This document shows positions 44,679-54,276 of a stretch of 64,000 nucleotides of DNA, one piece after another. The translations under genes were made by a program, and so were the position numbers. The notes below the pieces were generated by a model that was not told the origin of the DNA, did no database searches, and saw nothing but the letters and a program-made list of their open reading frames with translations. The number at the start of each line of letters is the position of its first letter. Within the stretch, counting starts at the first letter, position 1. Origin of the DNA: a candidate division WOR-3 bacterium (GTDB lineage Bacteria > Hydrothermota > Tepidihabitantia > B3-TA06); NCBI GenBank assembly GCA_965649265.1, contig CBFGKC010000005.1, forward strand, positions 1 to 64,000. The letters run 5' to 3'.

Positions 44679-46169
44679 CTAATTTGAAGTTCTTACCGTA
44701 AGAACCAGGGTTTCCCCGGTCTTTCGCAATTCGGCGACAATGGATTTTATCTCAACGGCATCCATGAGCGGGAAAATCTTCTTTTGCACATCTGCCGGTG
44801 TAACTCCCTGGGTTCTGTCTGCTGCGTAAAGAAGATAAGGTTTCAGAACCTCTTTGAATCTTGGCCAGAAGACCCATGCAACGGGCCTTTCAATACCCGC
44901 AGAGGTACACGAGTTTTTGAATTCGCTTGATGCATCCATCGTCCGCCCCGAAGAAAACCTGTCTTTCATCCACGGGATGAGACCAGTATCGCTGGTTACG
45001 ACGAATTGACCGTCATACATAAACCAGGCCATGCCTGCGAACTCCTCCCCAAAATCCAGATAGTGAAAGACCATGTTATCGGATTCAAGTGTGGTATCAA
45101 AGGCTAATGGAAAGAGCCAAGAAGTAGCAGTTTGCCAGCTTTGCTCAGTCTTTCCCGAGGCTTTTATCTTTGTCATCCAGCGCAATGGGGCATACCACTT
45201 GTCCACGTTCCATCCCTGGACAATCACATCGGCCTCACTCCCAAGGTCGGCTGCCATGGAAGCGAAGTTTTTCTCTATCTCGGGATTTCCGAGAACTTCA
45301 ACCTTCTCCTCTTTATCTGAAAGTTTCAAAGCTTCCTTCCATGCCGAATATGGTTCGAGTCCAGAAAGACTCGCAAAAGCGGCCGCATCGTCGGGGATTG
45401 AAGCGTAACTTTGGGGCGCGCGTGCGTTAACGAGAAGGCTTCCAAGAATTCCAGAGGGTCTGTCAAGCTCTAGTGTGAATTCAAGACCCTTCTGAGAATT
45501 TTCAAACGTCCACAGTAGTTTTTTGTACACAAGGTATTTCCCGGGATTCCGCGAAAGGCCGTAGGCAAGTAGATTATTGCCATCTTCAGGAAAAGCCTCC
45601 TCCTCCTTCAATGTCTTGGACGATGCTACGTTCAAGGCCTCAAGCAGCAGCTTCTCGGAAGTAGAGAACCACAGATAGTCTCCGGCAAAAGCAATGGCGG
45701 AACCGTCAGAGAAAACGGCATATGGGAAACCTTCTGCCTTCTTCTCTCTCCCGCGAGAAAGAGCGGCTTTCCACAGCATCTTCACGTTCCAGCGCGGCTC
45801 GGTAATAAGAAGCATCTGACCTTCGCCGTAGTCCGAGTAAATGAAACGCTTTCCTAATATATGCAACGGCTCAAGGTGAGTACGCTCCCGTATCTTCACA
45901 AGCCTCTCCTGATTAGCGAAGTCCTCTTCAATACCGACTTTCTTCACGGTGCGTGAAATCTTCGCTTTTTTATACACCCCACCGGCCAAGTCGAGGTTGA
46001 CTACGATATAACTGTAAGCTCCTTTAGGAAGAAGCTCCTCCAGGACCACGACCTTTCGTTCAAGTTTTGGGGTGTTTGAAAGAAATGCGTAGGCGACTCC
46101 TGCGCCTGCAACAAGCACTCCGAAGGCTATGCCCAATCCAATCAGAATTCTTTTCAAGGTTTTGCTCAT
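44679..46169 (-). CDS. Hypothetical membrane-anchored protein, last gene of the alpha-2-macroglobulin operon
   Basis: N-terminal TM anchor; 4-nt overlap with the upstream gene. Confidence 0.65.
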   Translation of the reverse strand: MSKTLKRILIGLGIAFGVLVAGAGVAYAFLSNTPKLERKVVVLEELLPKGAYSYIVVNLDLAGGVYKKAKISRTVKKVGIEEDFANQERLVKIRERTHLEPLHILGKRFIYSDYGEGQMLLITEPRWNVKMLWKAALSRGREKKAEGFPYAVFSDGSAIAFAGDYLWFSTSEKLLLEALNVASSKTLKEEEAFPEDGNNLLAYGLSRNPGKYLVYKKLLWTFENSQKGLEFTLELDRPSGILGSLLVNARAPQSYASIPDDAAAFASLSGLEPYSAWKEALKLSDKEEKVEVLGNPEIEKNFASMAADLGSEADVIVQGWNVDKWYAPLRWMTKIKASGKTEQSWQTATSWLFPLAFDTTLESDNMVFHYLDFGEEFAGMAWFMYDGQFVVTSDTGLIPWMKDRFSSGRTMDASSEFKNSCTSAGIERPVAWVFWPRFKEVLKPYLLYAADRTQGVTPADVQKKIFPLMDAVEIKSIVAELRKTGETLVLTVRTSN

Positions 46170-46759
46170 CGAGCCTCCTCTTTTATAAGTCGTGCCAGGC
46201 TGTCCCGGCCAACCGCTAATAAAGTTTCTTGTGTCATCAAGGCCGCGGCAAGATATCCCCGCCGCAGCTCCAAAGTATCCCGGCTCCTCAGAAGCCGCTC
46301 TATCACAACAGTATCATCAGGTAAATTTCTCTCGGCTCCAAGTTGCCGTAGCTGCCCGGAGCAGATAACGGCCAACCCCTCATTCATCCAGAGAGGGACC
46401 CTGTAAGGCAAAAGAACCAGGTGCACGTATTCGTGCACTATCGTCTCGTCGAGTACTCCCCTTCCCTCGAGAATCTCCAGAGGCTGGGTAATAAGCTCCC
46501 CGTTACAAACAGAGGCTCCTTGCCAGATTGAGCACCCCGTCCATGCCGCGAAATCGCCGCTTGAAGGAGCAACCCTCATCCTGCAAATCATAGGCTGAGG
46601 AAGACCCAGGTAATCCTCTACTATCTTTTCAGCCTTGGCAATCGTTTCCTGCAATCGCTTTACTTCAGCAGGAGTGTACTTTTCGGACTCCACGATAATT
46701 TTCCATCTACCCCATGGAATTACCGTGGCAAAAAGGAGGATAGCAATTCTCAGTGCCAT
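46166..46759 (-). CDS. Putative zinc metallopeptidase (peptidase MA-like)
   Basis: HEYVH...PLWMNEGLA gluzincin motif. Confidence 0.75.
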   Translation of the reverse strand: MALRIAILLFATVIPWGRWKIIVESEKYTPAEVKRLQETIAKAEKIVEDYLGLPQPMICRMRVAPSSGDFAAWTGCSIWQGASVCNGELITQPLEILEGRGVLDETIVHEYVHLVLLPYRVPLWMNEGLAVICSGQLRQLGAERNLPDDTVVIERLLRSRDTLELRRGYLAAALMTQETLLAVGRDSLARLIKEEAR

Positions 46760-47775
46760 TCGCTCACCTGGGTTCCTTTGTAGTAGTAGGAAAGTATTTC
46801 ACGGTAATTCTTGCCGTGGGCGGCCATGGCAGCCGCTCCCCACTGGCATAGACCTACGCCGTGACCTAGTCCGTGTCCCTTGAATACAAAATCCTCCCCA
46901 TCCTTCTTTACGTCGAACCACGAGCTTTTGAGTGTTCCCCAACCGAGTGATTTCGCGAGTAAGTCACGGAAATCCCAACCGGAGAATATCATAGACGAGG
47001 AACCCCTGACCCTTATCTGCTGAACCCGAGAATCTGGGGCTAAAGAAACAATCTCAATAGAGGATACGTGTGGCAAGCCGAGAGCCGAGGCCACGAAGTC
47101 AGCCGAAACGCAATATTCCCAACACAGGTCTGGGGAGTTCTTACAGTAATCGTCATTGACCGAAACAAGATAAGACGCTCTTTCATCCGGCCAGATGGAT
47201 CTCGCATCTGCGGTTTTCCCTCCGCATGAGGAATGGTAGAATATCTCACAGGGATTCCCATCATAAGTAAGGACGAGTCCGCGAGTCTCACCCACTGCCT
47301 TAATTGTCAATGGTGTCGTGCTTTCAAGACCGAGGTAGGATTGACAATGAGTAAGATCGCAAAAATCCCAGTCGTCGTTTTGGTGGCGGGATGCGGTATG
47401 CGTGAATGTACGGCACAAAACCGCCTGTGCCTTCAGTGCTTCAAGTCCCGCTCTCGGAACCATCTCGGCTCCGACGACGGATGAAAGATAGGAATCCTCG
47501 TCCAGTTTATTGACAAACACTAACTCGCCGTTTTCGGCTTTCACCTTGAGTGAACCAGGATATCTGCGGTTCATTTCGCCACACTGAATAGTGAAAGAAT
47601 CCACGTCAAGGACCCACTCGATTGATTTGATCCCGTTCACGAAAAGTGTATTAGTCTTGGCCTCCAGACTTACACTGCCTTTCCTGGAAACTACATTCGC
47701 CTTCACAGGATGGTGTGACGAAAGGATATGGACACTCACGGCTGATACCACAAGAAGAATGCTAGCGATCTGCAT
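46750..47775 (-). CDS. SpoIID/LytB domain protein (putative lytic transglycosylase)
   Basis: YLSSVVGAEM, EALKAQAV.CRT, DFCDLTHCQSY, FYHSSCGG.T, GLGHGVGLCQWGA, IL.YYY.G; start at ATG 47775 after GGAGG. Confidence 0.9.
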   Translation of the reverse strand: MQIASILLVVSAVSVHILSSHHPVKANVVSRKGSVSLEAKTNTLFVNGIKSIEWVLDVDSFTIQCGEMNRRYPGSLKVKAENGELVFVNKLDEDSYLSSVVGAEMVPRAGLEALKAQAVLCRTFTHTASRHQNDDWDFCDLTHCQSYLGLESTTPLTIKAVGETRGLVLTYDGNPCEIFYHSSCGGKTADARSIWPDERASYLVSVNDDYCKNSPDLCWEYCVSADFVASALGLPHVSSIEIVSLAPDSRVQQIRVRGSSSMIFSGWDFRDLLAKSLGWGTLKSSWFDVKKDGEDFVFKGHGLGHGVGLCQWGAAAMAAHGKNYREILSYYYKGTQVSEWH

Positions 47776-48709
47776 ATCCACCTCCGAAGTAGGATGAGAA
47801 TACGAGTCCGGCAAGCTGTGCGGCGTCTTTGCCTTCGCCGCGCTTGAGGAATACTACCAGAGCTATTCTGGGATCGGCGTATGGTGCGAAACCTACGAAC
47901 CAGCCTTGTGTCACCCAGCTTTCGAGAACTGTTGAAGTCCCGGTCTTGCCCGCAACGGCAACAGATGTAATATCGGCCGGTTTTCCCGTTCCCCTTCGCA
48001 CTACGTCACGTAGAAGCGGTCGGACTCGCGCGAGTGCTTTTTGATCAGGGAGAGTTGAGAGCATGATTGCAGAGCCATGAGAAAGCCTCGGCTTGATTAG
48101 ACTGCCGTTTGTGGCAATTCCAGAGATCAAAGCGAGCATAGCCACCGGTGTAAGCTGGATTGCCGCACCCTGACCTATTGAGAATTCACGAAGCGCCGAG
48201 TCTGTAGAAGGAATCTGGATTAGACTCTCCCCCTCGCCCGGCAGGTCAACTCCGACCTTCCCGCTGAGCCTCAGATTTCGAGGAAGCGCAGCAAGCTCTT
48301 CAGCGGTCAGACTTCTGGATAGATTCTGAAAGTAGAGATTGCAGGATTCGACGAGCGCACGGTCAAAATCGACCCAGCCGTGCCCGTCGCGCATCGAGCA
48401 GCGTAGCGTATCCCTCCCCCTCACTTCGATACCCGTACAGAAGAAACTGTCATCGGTTACCGAACCTTTGTCCAATGCGGCGAGAGCGGTCAGCATCTTT
48501 GCTACCGAACCTGGCGGAAATCTCTTTGAGAAAAGGAGATCCTTGTCCGTCGCCGCAATGAGATAGCCCGATTTCAGATCCATTACGGCAATCGCGGCCC
48601 TGTCGCCTGCAATCTCAGAGCATCGCTTCTCGAACTCGGTATAATCAACGAATCTGCCGCCGGCTGCAACTGCGGGAACAGTCAAAAGAATCAGAAAGCC
48701 CAGTATCAC
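47762..48709 (-). CDS. Stand-alone penicillin-binding transpeptidase domain protein
   Basis: PGSVAK (SxxK), SCN (SxN), AGKTGT (KTG), GWFVGFAP. Confidence 0.88.
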   Translation of the reverse strand: MILGFLILLTVPAVAAGGRFVDYTEFEKRCSEIAGDRAAIAVMDLKSGYLIAATDKDLLFSKRFPPGSVAKMLTALAALDKGSVTDDSFFCTGIEVRGRDTLRCSMRDGHGWVDFDRALVESCNLYFQNLSRSLTAEELAALPRNLRLSGKVGVDLPGEGESLIQIPSTDSALREFSIGQGAAIQLTPVAMLALISGIATNGSLIKPRLSHGSAIMLSTLPDQKALARVRPLLRDVVRRGTGKPADITSVAVAGKTGTSTVLESWVTQGWFVGFAPYADPRIALVVFLKRGEGKDAAQLAGLVFSSYFGGGYADR

Positions 48710-51700
48710 TCCTTTACGGTTATGATGGACTCGGAGGAATGCCCTGTTTTCTCGGGATAATACATAAGCGATATTCTTGCAGGCATCACATGATAGGTTC
48801 CTGGCAGGTACGGTTCGAGGACATACGAGAGTACACGCTCACCGGTCCAGATATGACTCATGAAGAAGGCGACATGATCGTCATGTATCTCACGGCCGGA
48901 GTACATGTAACCCCACTCATCATCGTAGTCGTAGTAGCCCCACCAGTAGCGCTCGTTCTTTATGGGATAACGGTCGCGATCCTTGGACACTTCAAAGCCT
49001 GCAGGTATGGGGTCAGCAAGCATCACGTATTCGAACTCGTTTTCGCAATCCACGTAGAGCTTCACGAACAGTGGCTCGCCTATCTTGACAGGGCCCTTGA
49101 GTTCTTCCTTGTAGTATACCAACTCGTCATTTTCGACTCTGGGAACGAGCCTGTAGTACCTGCGATGGACCTTGAGCTCGGTGCCGCCTTCGGGGATACC
49201 CTCCTCCTCGCTGTAGAAAGAAAGGACGGAACTGAAGAATAGATTCCCCTGTCCTGTTTTGTGGACCTTAAGGGTATTATTGCCCATTGAGGCGCTCGAA
49301 AAATCGAGTTCGATAGGCCTGTTGAACTCAAGTATATCTTTCTCGGAGACGTTGTAGGAAGCTATCTTGCGGCCGTTCAGGGTAAAATCGATATCAATCT
49401 TGGGTGAGGTGTCGCTCGTGATCTTAAGGAATTCTGCAATTGCCAAGAGGGAGAGTGCGGAATCCTTGGTGGACTTCCAGTGATTTCCTCGGCGCTCGCG
49501 GAGCAGCCAGTATACTATCTTGGGAACCATCTCGTCCTTGGGAGATATGGCCAGGAACGCGCGCAGTGTTGTTGCGGTAACCTCTACGGGGTCATCTCCC
49601 CAATACTCGACTGCCCGAGTTGTTGCGCTCCAGTAAACTATCTCGCCGTCAGATATCGCGTCCTTTTTCAAACGCTCGAGTGCTGCCTTCGCCTTTGCAG
49701 TTTCGCCGACCTTTTGCCAGGTCAACGCGATAAGGGCGCGAGAGTAGGGGTCAAGTTCACCCTTCTCGAGTGATGCAGCCTCTGATTTAATGAGCGAGGA
49801 GTTGTCGCCAGGTGCGAGGGAAAGAACGTAGATCATGTAAGCGCGCTCGACAGTCGCAATATCCTTCCCGTTCGCAAGAAGATTCTTAATGGCCGCAGTG
49901 CCTCGCTCGATGACCTTGGAATTGATGTCGTAACCGAGATTGGAGGCGTAAATTAAGCCGTGCATGACGTACGCAGTCATGTAGTTCATCGTCTGATCGA
50001 ATTCCCACCAGCCCCAACCGCCGTCTGAATGCTGGTAGCCGTATAGCTTCGCCAAGCCTTTCTCTATCATCTTCGGCAGCTCGGCTGCGAGTTTGGGGTC
50101 GCCGCGCTTCGGATCTTTTATGAGATCGGCTACGAGGAGGTCCGGGAAGAAGCTCGACATCGTTTGCTCCGCGCAGCCGTAGGGATATCCGGCAAGGTAT
50201 GAAAGACCCGAAAAGAGGGCTGAACCGATAGTAGGGGTGAGGGTCAAAGAACCTTTAATGCTCTGCATATCAGTACCCTCAGGAATCTTGAACTCTCTAG
50301 TCACGCGCTCGTCGGCGCCGGGCATGAATGCAGAAAGTACAAGGTTACGCTCTACTCCGTGAGGGTTGATGGGGACCTTTATCTGCATTGCATCTGAGAT
50401 ATCGGGAGCGATCGCCTTTGCTATGAGAGTGGCGTCCCCTGTTGCCGTGGCTCTTACCGGCCAGTCTACCCTGTAACTGCCACCAGGTCTTATGTTTTCT
50501 GTGTGAGTCGTCTTGTCGAGAAGCTCGAGCCCGGCTGCTGAGAACGAAAGCTCCACCTCTTGGCTGCTTCTGGTGTAGTTGTGGACTATTGTGGAAATTA
50601 CGAGACTGTCGCGTTCGGTGATGAAGCGCGGAGACATGATGCGAACAAGGAGGTCTTTGGTGACCAGGGTCTTTTCCCTGCTCTCGCCGACCTTAGTGTC
50701 TGGGGTTATTGCCCTCGCCGTGGTTCTCCAAGTAGTCAGATTCTCAGGATACGTAAAGGAAACGCTGGCCTTGCCCTGACCGTCGGTTCTGACAAATGCG
50801 TTCCAGTATGCCATATCCTCGAATCGCTGGCGGACCTGGGGCTCCTCGCGTCCCTTATATGCAGCGAGCACAACGCTGTCCTTGGCCGCGCCTGAGAGAC
50901 GTGAGTACTCCTGTTCGTAGCCGTAGAAGGAGAAGTAGACCGAGGAGGAGGTCGAGACTTCATTGTACCTTTCTCCGTAGAAATAATCCTCTATGGGAGG
51001 TGTTATCTCCTCGGCCAGCGAGTAGAGTGCCTCATCAACGACGGCAAGGGAAAGGTCGGCCTTCACCGGTTTGCCCTTCGAATCCTTGACTACTATGTCG
51101 AGCTTGCCTTTCTCGCCCGGCTCGTAACGGTTCTTGTCTGGTTTCACCTGGATTGCAAGAAGCTCGTTCTTGCGGTTGATCTTGAACTCCTTCTCCTGCC
51201 TGAAGAAATCGCCGTCGTATACCCCGGCGATTGAAAGGTAAGCGTTTGGCACGAACTCCTTGCGGACGTCGAATCTTATGAGCGCGGTGTTTCCCTTGAG
51301 GCTGACGACGTCTACCTTGTATATCCTGTCGGCTTCTATCGAGGCTATCATGTGCGCGTCCTTGTAAGGGGCGATGACTAGCGCCTCGGCCTTGTCGCCC
51401 GGCTCGTAAGTCTCCTTGTCGAACACGATCTGGATCTCGTCAGTATTCCAGGAGTAGTAACCTCCGTAGGAGGATACCCACACCCAGCTCTCCTCGCTCG
51501 ATTGATTGCCGTCAGGGTCTTCGGTTGATGAGTTGAAATAATACGATCCAGCTTCCTTTGGAGTAAAATCAAAACTCGCCTGTCCCATCGGACCCACGGA
51601 GATTGTCCTTCTAGTGACAAGCTGATCTTCCTTGTTCCAGTAGTGCTTGTAGATTTCGATATCGACTACGGCAGCAGCCGGTTTCCCGAAGATGTCGCGC

Positions 51701-53292
51701 GTTTTTACCGAAAGACTCATCTTCTCGCCAGGCTCAACAACGTACTTTGAAGGCCTTACATCTATGAGTATCCCGGATTCTGCAACGAAAGCGTATGCGG
51801 AACCGGTTTCGGATTTACGCGATTCGTCACGAACCTCGGCATCGAATGTGTATCGGTAACTCGCGCCGTCCTTGGGTGTGATGTATTTAAAGACGGCCTT
51901 GCCCTGATCATTTGTCTGCGTCTTCAACTCGTCGACGTACTCGGAGCCGTACCAGTAATAGTCGTCGTAATTGACCCGGTAAACCTTGAGCGACACATCC
52001 GCGCGAGAGACAGGGGCGCCGAAAAAGTAATCGGCCGCAACCGTTATCTTGACCTCGTCACCCTGAACGTAGGCCTCCTTGTCCGCAGATACTTCGACCT
52101 TGTATTCGGGTTTTCGGTATTCCTCGACCCTGAACTGCACGGAATGGTAAGTGCTGTCCACACTGGCGCTCAGGGTGTAGCGGCCAAGACGGCCAGAAGA
52201 AGGAACCACGAGAGAATCCGCGAGTGCACCCCAGGAATCGGTTTTCAAAGTTTTTTTATAGATCTCGTTACCTTCAGGATCGCTGACGATTACTTCCACG
52301 TCCTTCACTTGCGGCGTTCGATAAGTGCCGTTTTCCTTTAATCGAAGAATACCCTTGAAGTATACGACCTGGTCGGGTCTATATATCGGCCGCTCAGTTT
52401 GGAGGTAGAGCTTTGCTCCACTCTTACCCATATATCCCCCCTCCCCTTCGTAGTCGTAGTAATAGTAGTTGTCAAGAATGGCGAAATCATTCCCGTCCTG
52501 CGCCAGTACGCGAAGGTGAGTGGTGTCGAAAGCGGCATGGAAGAGACCCTTGCCGTCCGTCTTCCCTGCGGCGACCTTCGATGTATCGGAAAGGACCATG
52601 ATCTTTGCTCCGCGGCGAGGCTTGCCGTCCGTGGAGGAGACCGCGAAAAGGTAAACGTCCCTGGTATCCTGCTTCGCCACGAGCGACATCTCGCTTACTA
52701 TGACAGGGGTGTATGCGACCCGGGTGCCGTAGTAGGCTTCAACGAGATATACGCCCGGCTCGTCGAGAGCCAGGTCGACATCCTTGTAATGGTAGTCCGA
52801 GTAGTAGTAGTAATCTTCGTTGGTTTTCTTTTTCTTTTCGAACTTGATCTTCCATTCCCTGATGAAAGGGTACCCCTTCAACTTTGGAATGCTCGCCTGA
52901 CCGATTCTCTCAGGTGTTTCTTCCGGTTTCTCGAGCCTCGGGAGGCCTAGAAAATCCCGCAACGACACGCGGCTGTCTTCCCCGATTATCTCGCGGGAAA
53001 GGTAGCGAGTGTTATGCTTCGTGCGGTCGGCAAGACCCTCTATCACGTTGAAGAAATTAGCGGGCTTGACCTTGGCACCAACCCTGGGCGAGCGCACGTT
53101 CTCCTGATGAGAAAAAAACTCTATCGGATCATCGATCCTGTAGAGCCTCATGTATACTTCGTCCGTACCCGAGGCCTCGAGCCTTATCTCGGTGGAGGAA
53201 CCCGGCGCATATATCGAAGGGGTTGAAACGTATATGTAGGGGTGGGCGAAAAGCCCCCCTGCGAGAGTCAATAAGAAAGAAAAAAACTTCAT
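48706..53292 (-). CDS. Bacterial alpha-2-macroglobulin (YfaS-like)
   Basis: TERPIYRP, VEEYRKPEY, VRQRFEDMAYW, PENLTTW, thioester motif YPYGCAEQ, QHSDGGWGWW, DPIPAGFE, PGTYHVMPA..MYYPE. Confidence 0.93.
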   Translation of the reverse strand: MKFFSFLLTLAGGLFAHPYIYVSTPSIYAPGSSTEIRLEASGTDEVYMRLYRIDDPIEFFSHQENVRSPRVGAKVKPANFFNVIEGLADRTKHNTRYLSREIIGEDSRVSLRDFLGLPRLEKPEETPERIGQASIPKLKGYPFIREWKIKFEKKKKTNEDYYYYSDYHYKDVDLALDEPGVYLVEAYYGTRVAYTPVIVSEMSLVAKQDTRDVYLFAVSSTDGKPRRGAKIMVLSDTSKVAAGKTDGKGLFHAAFDTTHLRVLAQDGNDFAILDNYYYYDYEGEGGYMGKSGAKLYLQTERPIYRPDQVVYFKGILRLKENGTYRTPQVKDVEVIVSDPEGNEIYKKTLKTDSWGALADSLVVPSSGRLGRYTLSASVDSTYHSVQFRVEEYRKPEYKVEVSADKEAYVQGDEVKITVAADYFFGAPVSRADVSLKVYRVNYDDYYWYGSEYVDELKTQTNDQGKAVFKYITPKDGASYRYTFDAEVRDESRKSETGSAYAFVAESGILIDVRPSKYVVEPGEKMSLSVKTRDIFGKPAAAVVDIEIYKHYWNKEDQLVTRRTISVGPMGQASFDFTPKEAGSYYFNSSTEDPDGNQSSEESWVWVSSYGGYYSWNTDEIQIVFDKETYEPGDKAEALVIAPYKDAHMIASIEADRIYKVDVVSLKGNTALIRFDVRKEFVPNAYLSIAGVYDGDFFRQEKEFKINRKNELLAIQVKPDKNRYEPGEKGKLDIVVKDSKGKPVKADLSLAVVDEALYSLAEEITPPIEDYFYGERYNEVSTSSSVYFSFYGYEQEYSRLSGAAKDSVVLAAYKGREEPQVRQRFEDMAYWNAFVRTDGQGKASVSFTYPENLTTWRTTARAITPDTKVGESREKTLVTKDLLVRIMSPRFITERDSLVISTIVHNYTRSSQEVELSFSAAGLELLDKTTHTENIRPGGSYRVDWPVRATATGDATLIAKAIAPDISDAMQIKVPINPHGVERNLVLSAFMPGADERVTREFKIPEGTDMQSIKGSLTLTPTIGSALFSGLSYLAGYPYGCAEQTMSSFFPDLLVADLIKDPKRGDPKLAAELPKMIEKGLAKLYGYQHSDGGWGWWEFDQTMNYMTAYVMHGLIYASNLGYDINSKVIERGTAAIKNLLANGKDIATVERAYMIYVLSLAPGDNSSLIKSEAASLEKGELDPYSRALIALTWQKVGETAKAKAALERLKKDAISDGEIVYWSATTRAVEYWGDDPVEVTATTLRAFLAISPKDEMVPKIVYWLLRERRGNHWKSTKDSALSLLAIAEFLKITSDTSPKIDIDFTLNGRKIASYNVSEKDILEFNRPIELDFSSASMGNNTLKVHKTGQGNLFFSSVLSFYSEEEGIPEGGTELKVHRRYYRLVPRVENDELVYYKEELKGPVKIGEPLFVKLYVDCENEFEYVMLADPIPAGFEVSKDRDRYPIKNERYWWGYYDYDDEWGYMYSGREIHDDHVAFFMSHIWTGERVLSYVLEPYLPGTYHVMPARISLMYYPEKTGHSSESIITVKE

Positions 53293-53330
53293 TCTGCCCT
53301 CCTTGGGGCGTGGAAGGTTTTCATGACCAG

Positions 53331-54038
53331 CTAATCTAAAATCTTGAACCTGTAAAATCCTGCAAAGGACGGGTTCTTTACATCCGGCCTCCAGGTTTCG
53401 TCGTCCAGGGACATAAGTGTTTCAAATTTCACGAGCCGCATCTCTCCCTTGTCCTTCTCGCCAGGGCCGGTGTGATAGATGAGGTAAGGTTCCCCCCTTA
53501 TTTCAAGATAAATCATTACGTGGGAAGGATGGCCCTTGGGTGTAAAGAAAAGAAGATCCCCGGGCAGCACACCCTCTCCCCTGCTTCGCCCCAGAGGTTT
53601 CGTGTGATAGAGCATTAGATGCTTAACATCGGCGAAGTTACCGAGTTTGCCGAGTTTTTTGTCGTCAGGAGCGTAGGGACCGGCGGAAAGTCTGAAGATA
53701 TCGGTTCCGATATAGGGAACATCTGGATAGTTGAAGGTCTCGAGTTCAGGGATGCCCGGATTTAGAAGCTCACCGAATTTCTGCCGCCAGGACTCGTCAT
53801 GTTTACAGAGCGCCTCGCGATATGAGTACCTTACAAGATCGGCGCAATCGACGATATCCTTCGTGGGATCGAGGTACCTTGAAAGTGCAATGGTTGAGAA
53901 CCACTTCCTGAAGTTGGTCCGGTCGGATGGTTCCCTGAGTTCGGCCGCATCCGGAAAACCGTCAGAGTCCCTATCTCTTGCTTCGTGTGGCGTTTGAACA
54001 AAGATACAAAGATAGAATAAAGGGAAAAAAATTACCAT
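53331..54038 (-). CDS. DUF1175 (YfaT-like) NlpC/P60-fold protein
   Basis: FR.WF, DCADLVRYSYREAL, PGDLLFF, HVMIY, YHTG, WRP...NP.F.GFYR; start at ATG 54038. Confidence 0.88.
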   Translation of the reverse strand: MVIFFPLFYLCIFVQTPHEARDRDSDGFPDAAELREPSDRTNFRKWFSTIALSRYLDPTKDIVDCADLVRYSYREALCKHDESWRQKFGELLNPGIPELETFNYPDVPYIGTDIFRLSAGPYAPDDKKLGKLGNFADVKHLMLYHTKPLGRSRGEGVLPGDLLFFTPKGHPSHVMIYLEIRGEPYLIYHTGPGEKDKGEMRLVKFETLMSLDDETWRPDVKNPSFAGFYRFKILD

Positions 54039-54124
54039 CAGCGCCAACCTTCTATCGTCCAGAAATTACACTCCTGAAGGGAGCGGGTGTTTGTTAATAG
54101 GACCCTGCCGAAAAGCCTTTTCAT
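54038..54124 (-). CDS. Possible 28-aa leader ORF (MKRLFGRVLLTNTRSLQECNFWTIEGWR)
   Basis: GGAG before ATG 54124; the stop overlaps the DUF1175 start (TGATG). Confidence 0.3.
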   Translation of the reverse strand: MKRLFGRVLLTNTRSLQECNFWTIEGWR

Positions 54125-54140
54125 CCTGTCTCCGACTCCC

Positions 54141-54168
54141 AGTATAGAGGAGCATTAAGCCTTGTCAA
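54141..54168 (-). promoter_or_regulatory. sigma70-type promoter of the alpha-2-macroglobulin operon
   Basis: Minus strand TTGACA-16nt-TATACT. Confidence 0.65.
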
Positions 54169-54276
54169 GTAACCAGGCCGTTCTTAGGGTCGATTCGGTA
54201 AAACTATGGAGTTGACTTTTTTCCAAGGGGATGCTATTATCCTTGGTAATTATCGAAATGACTCCTAGGAGGTTTA

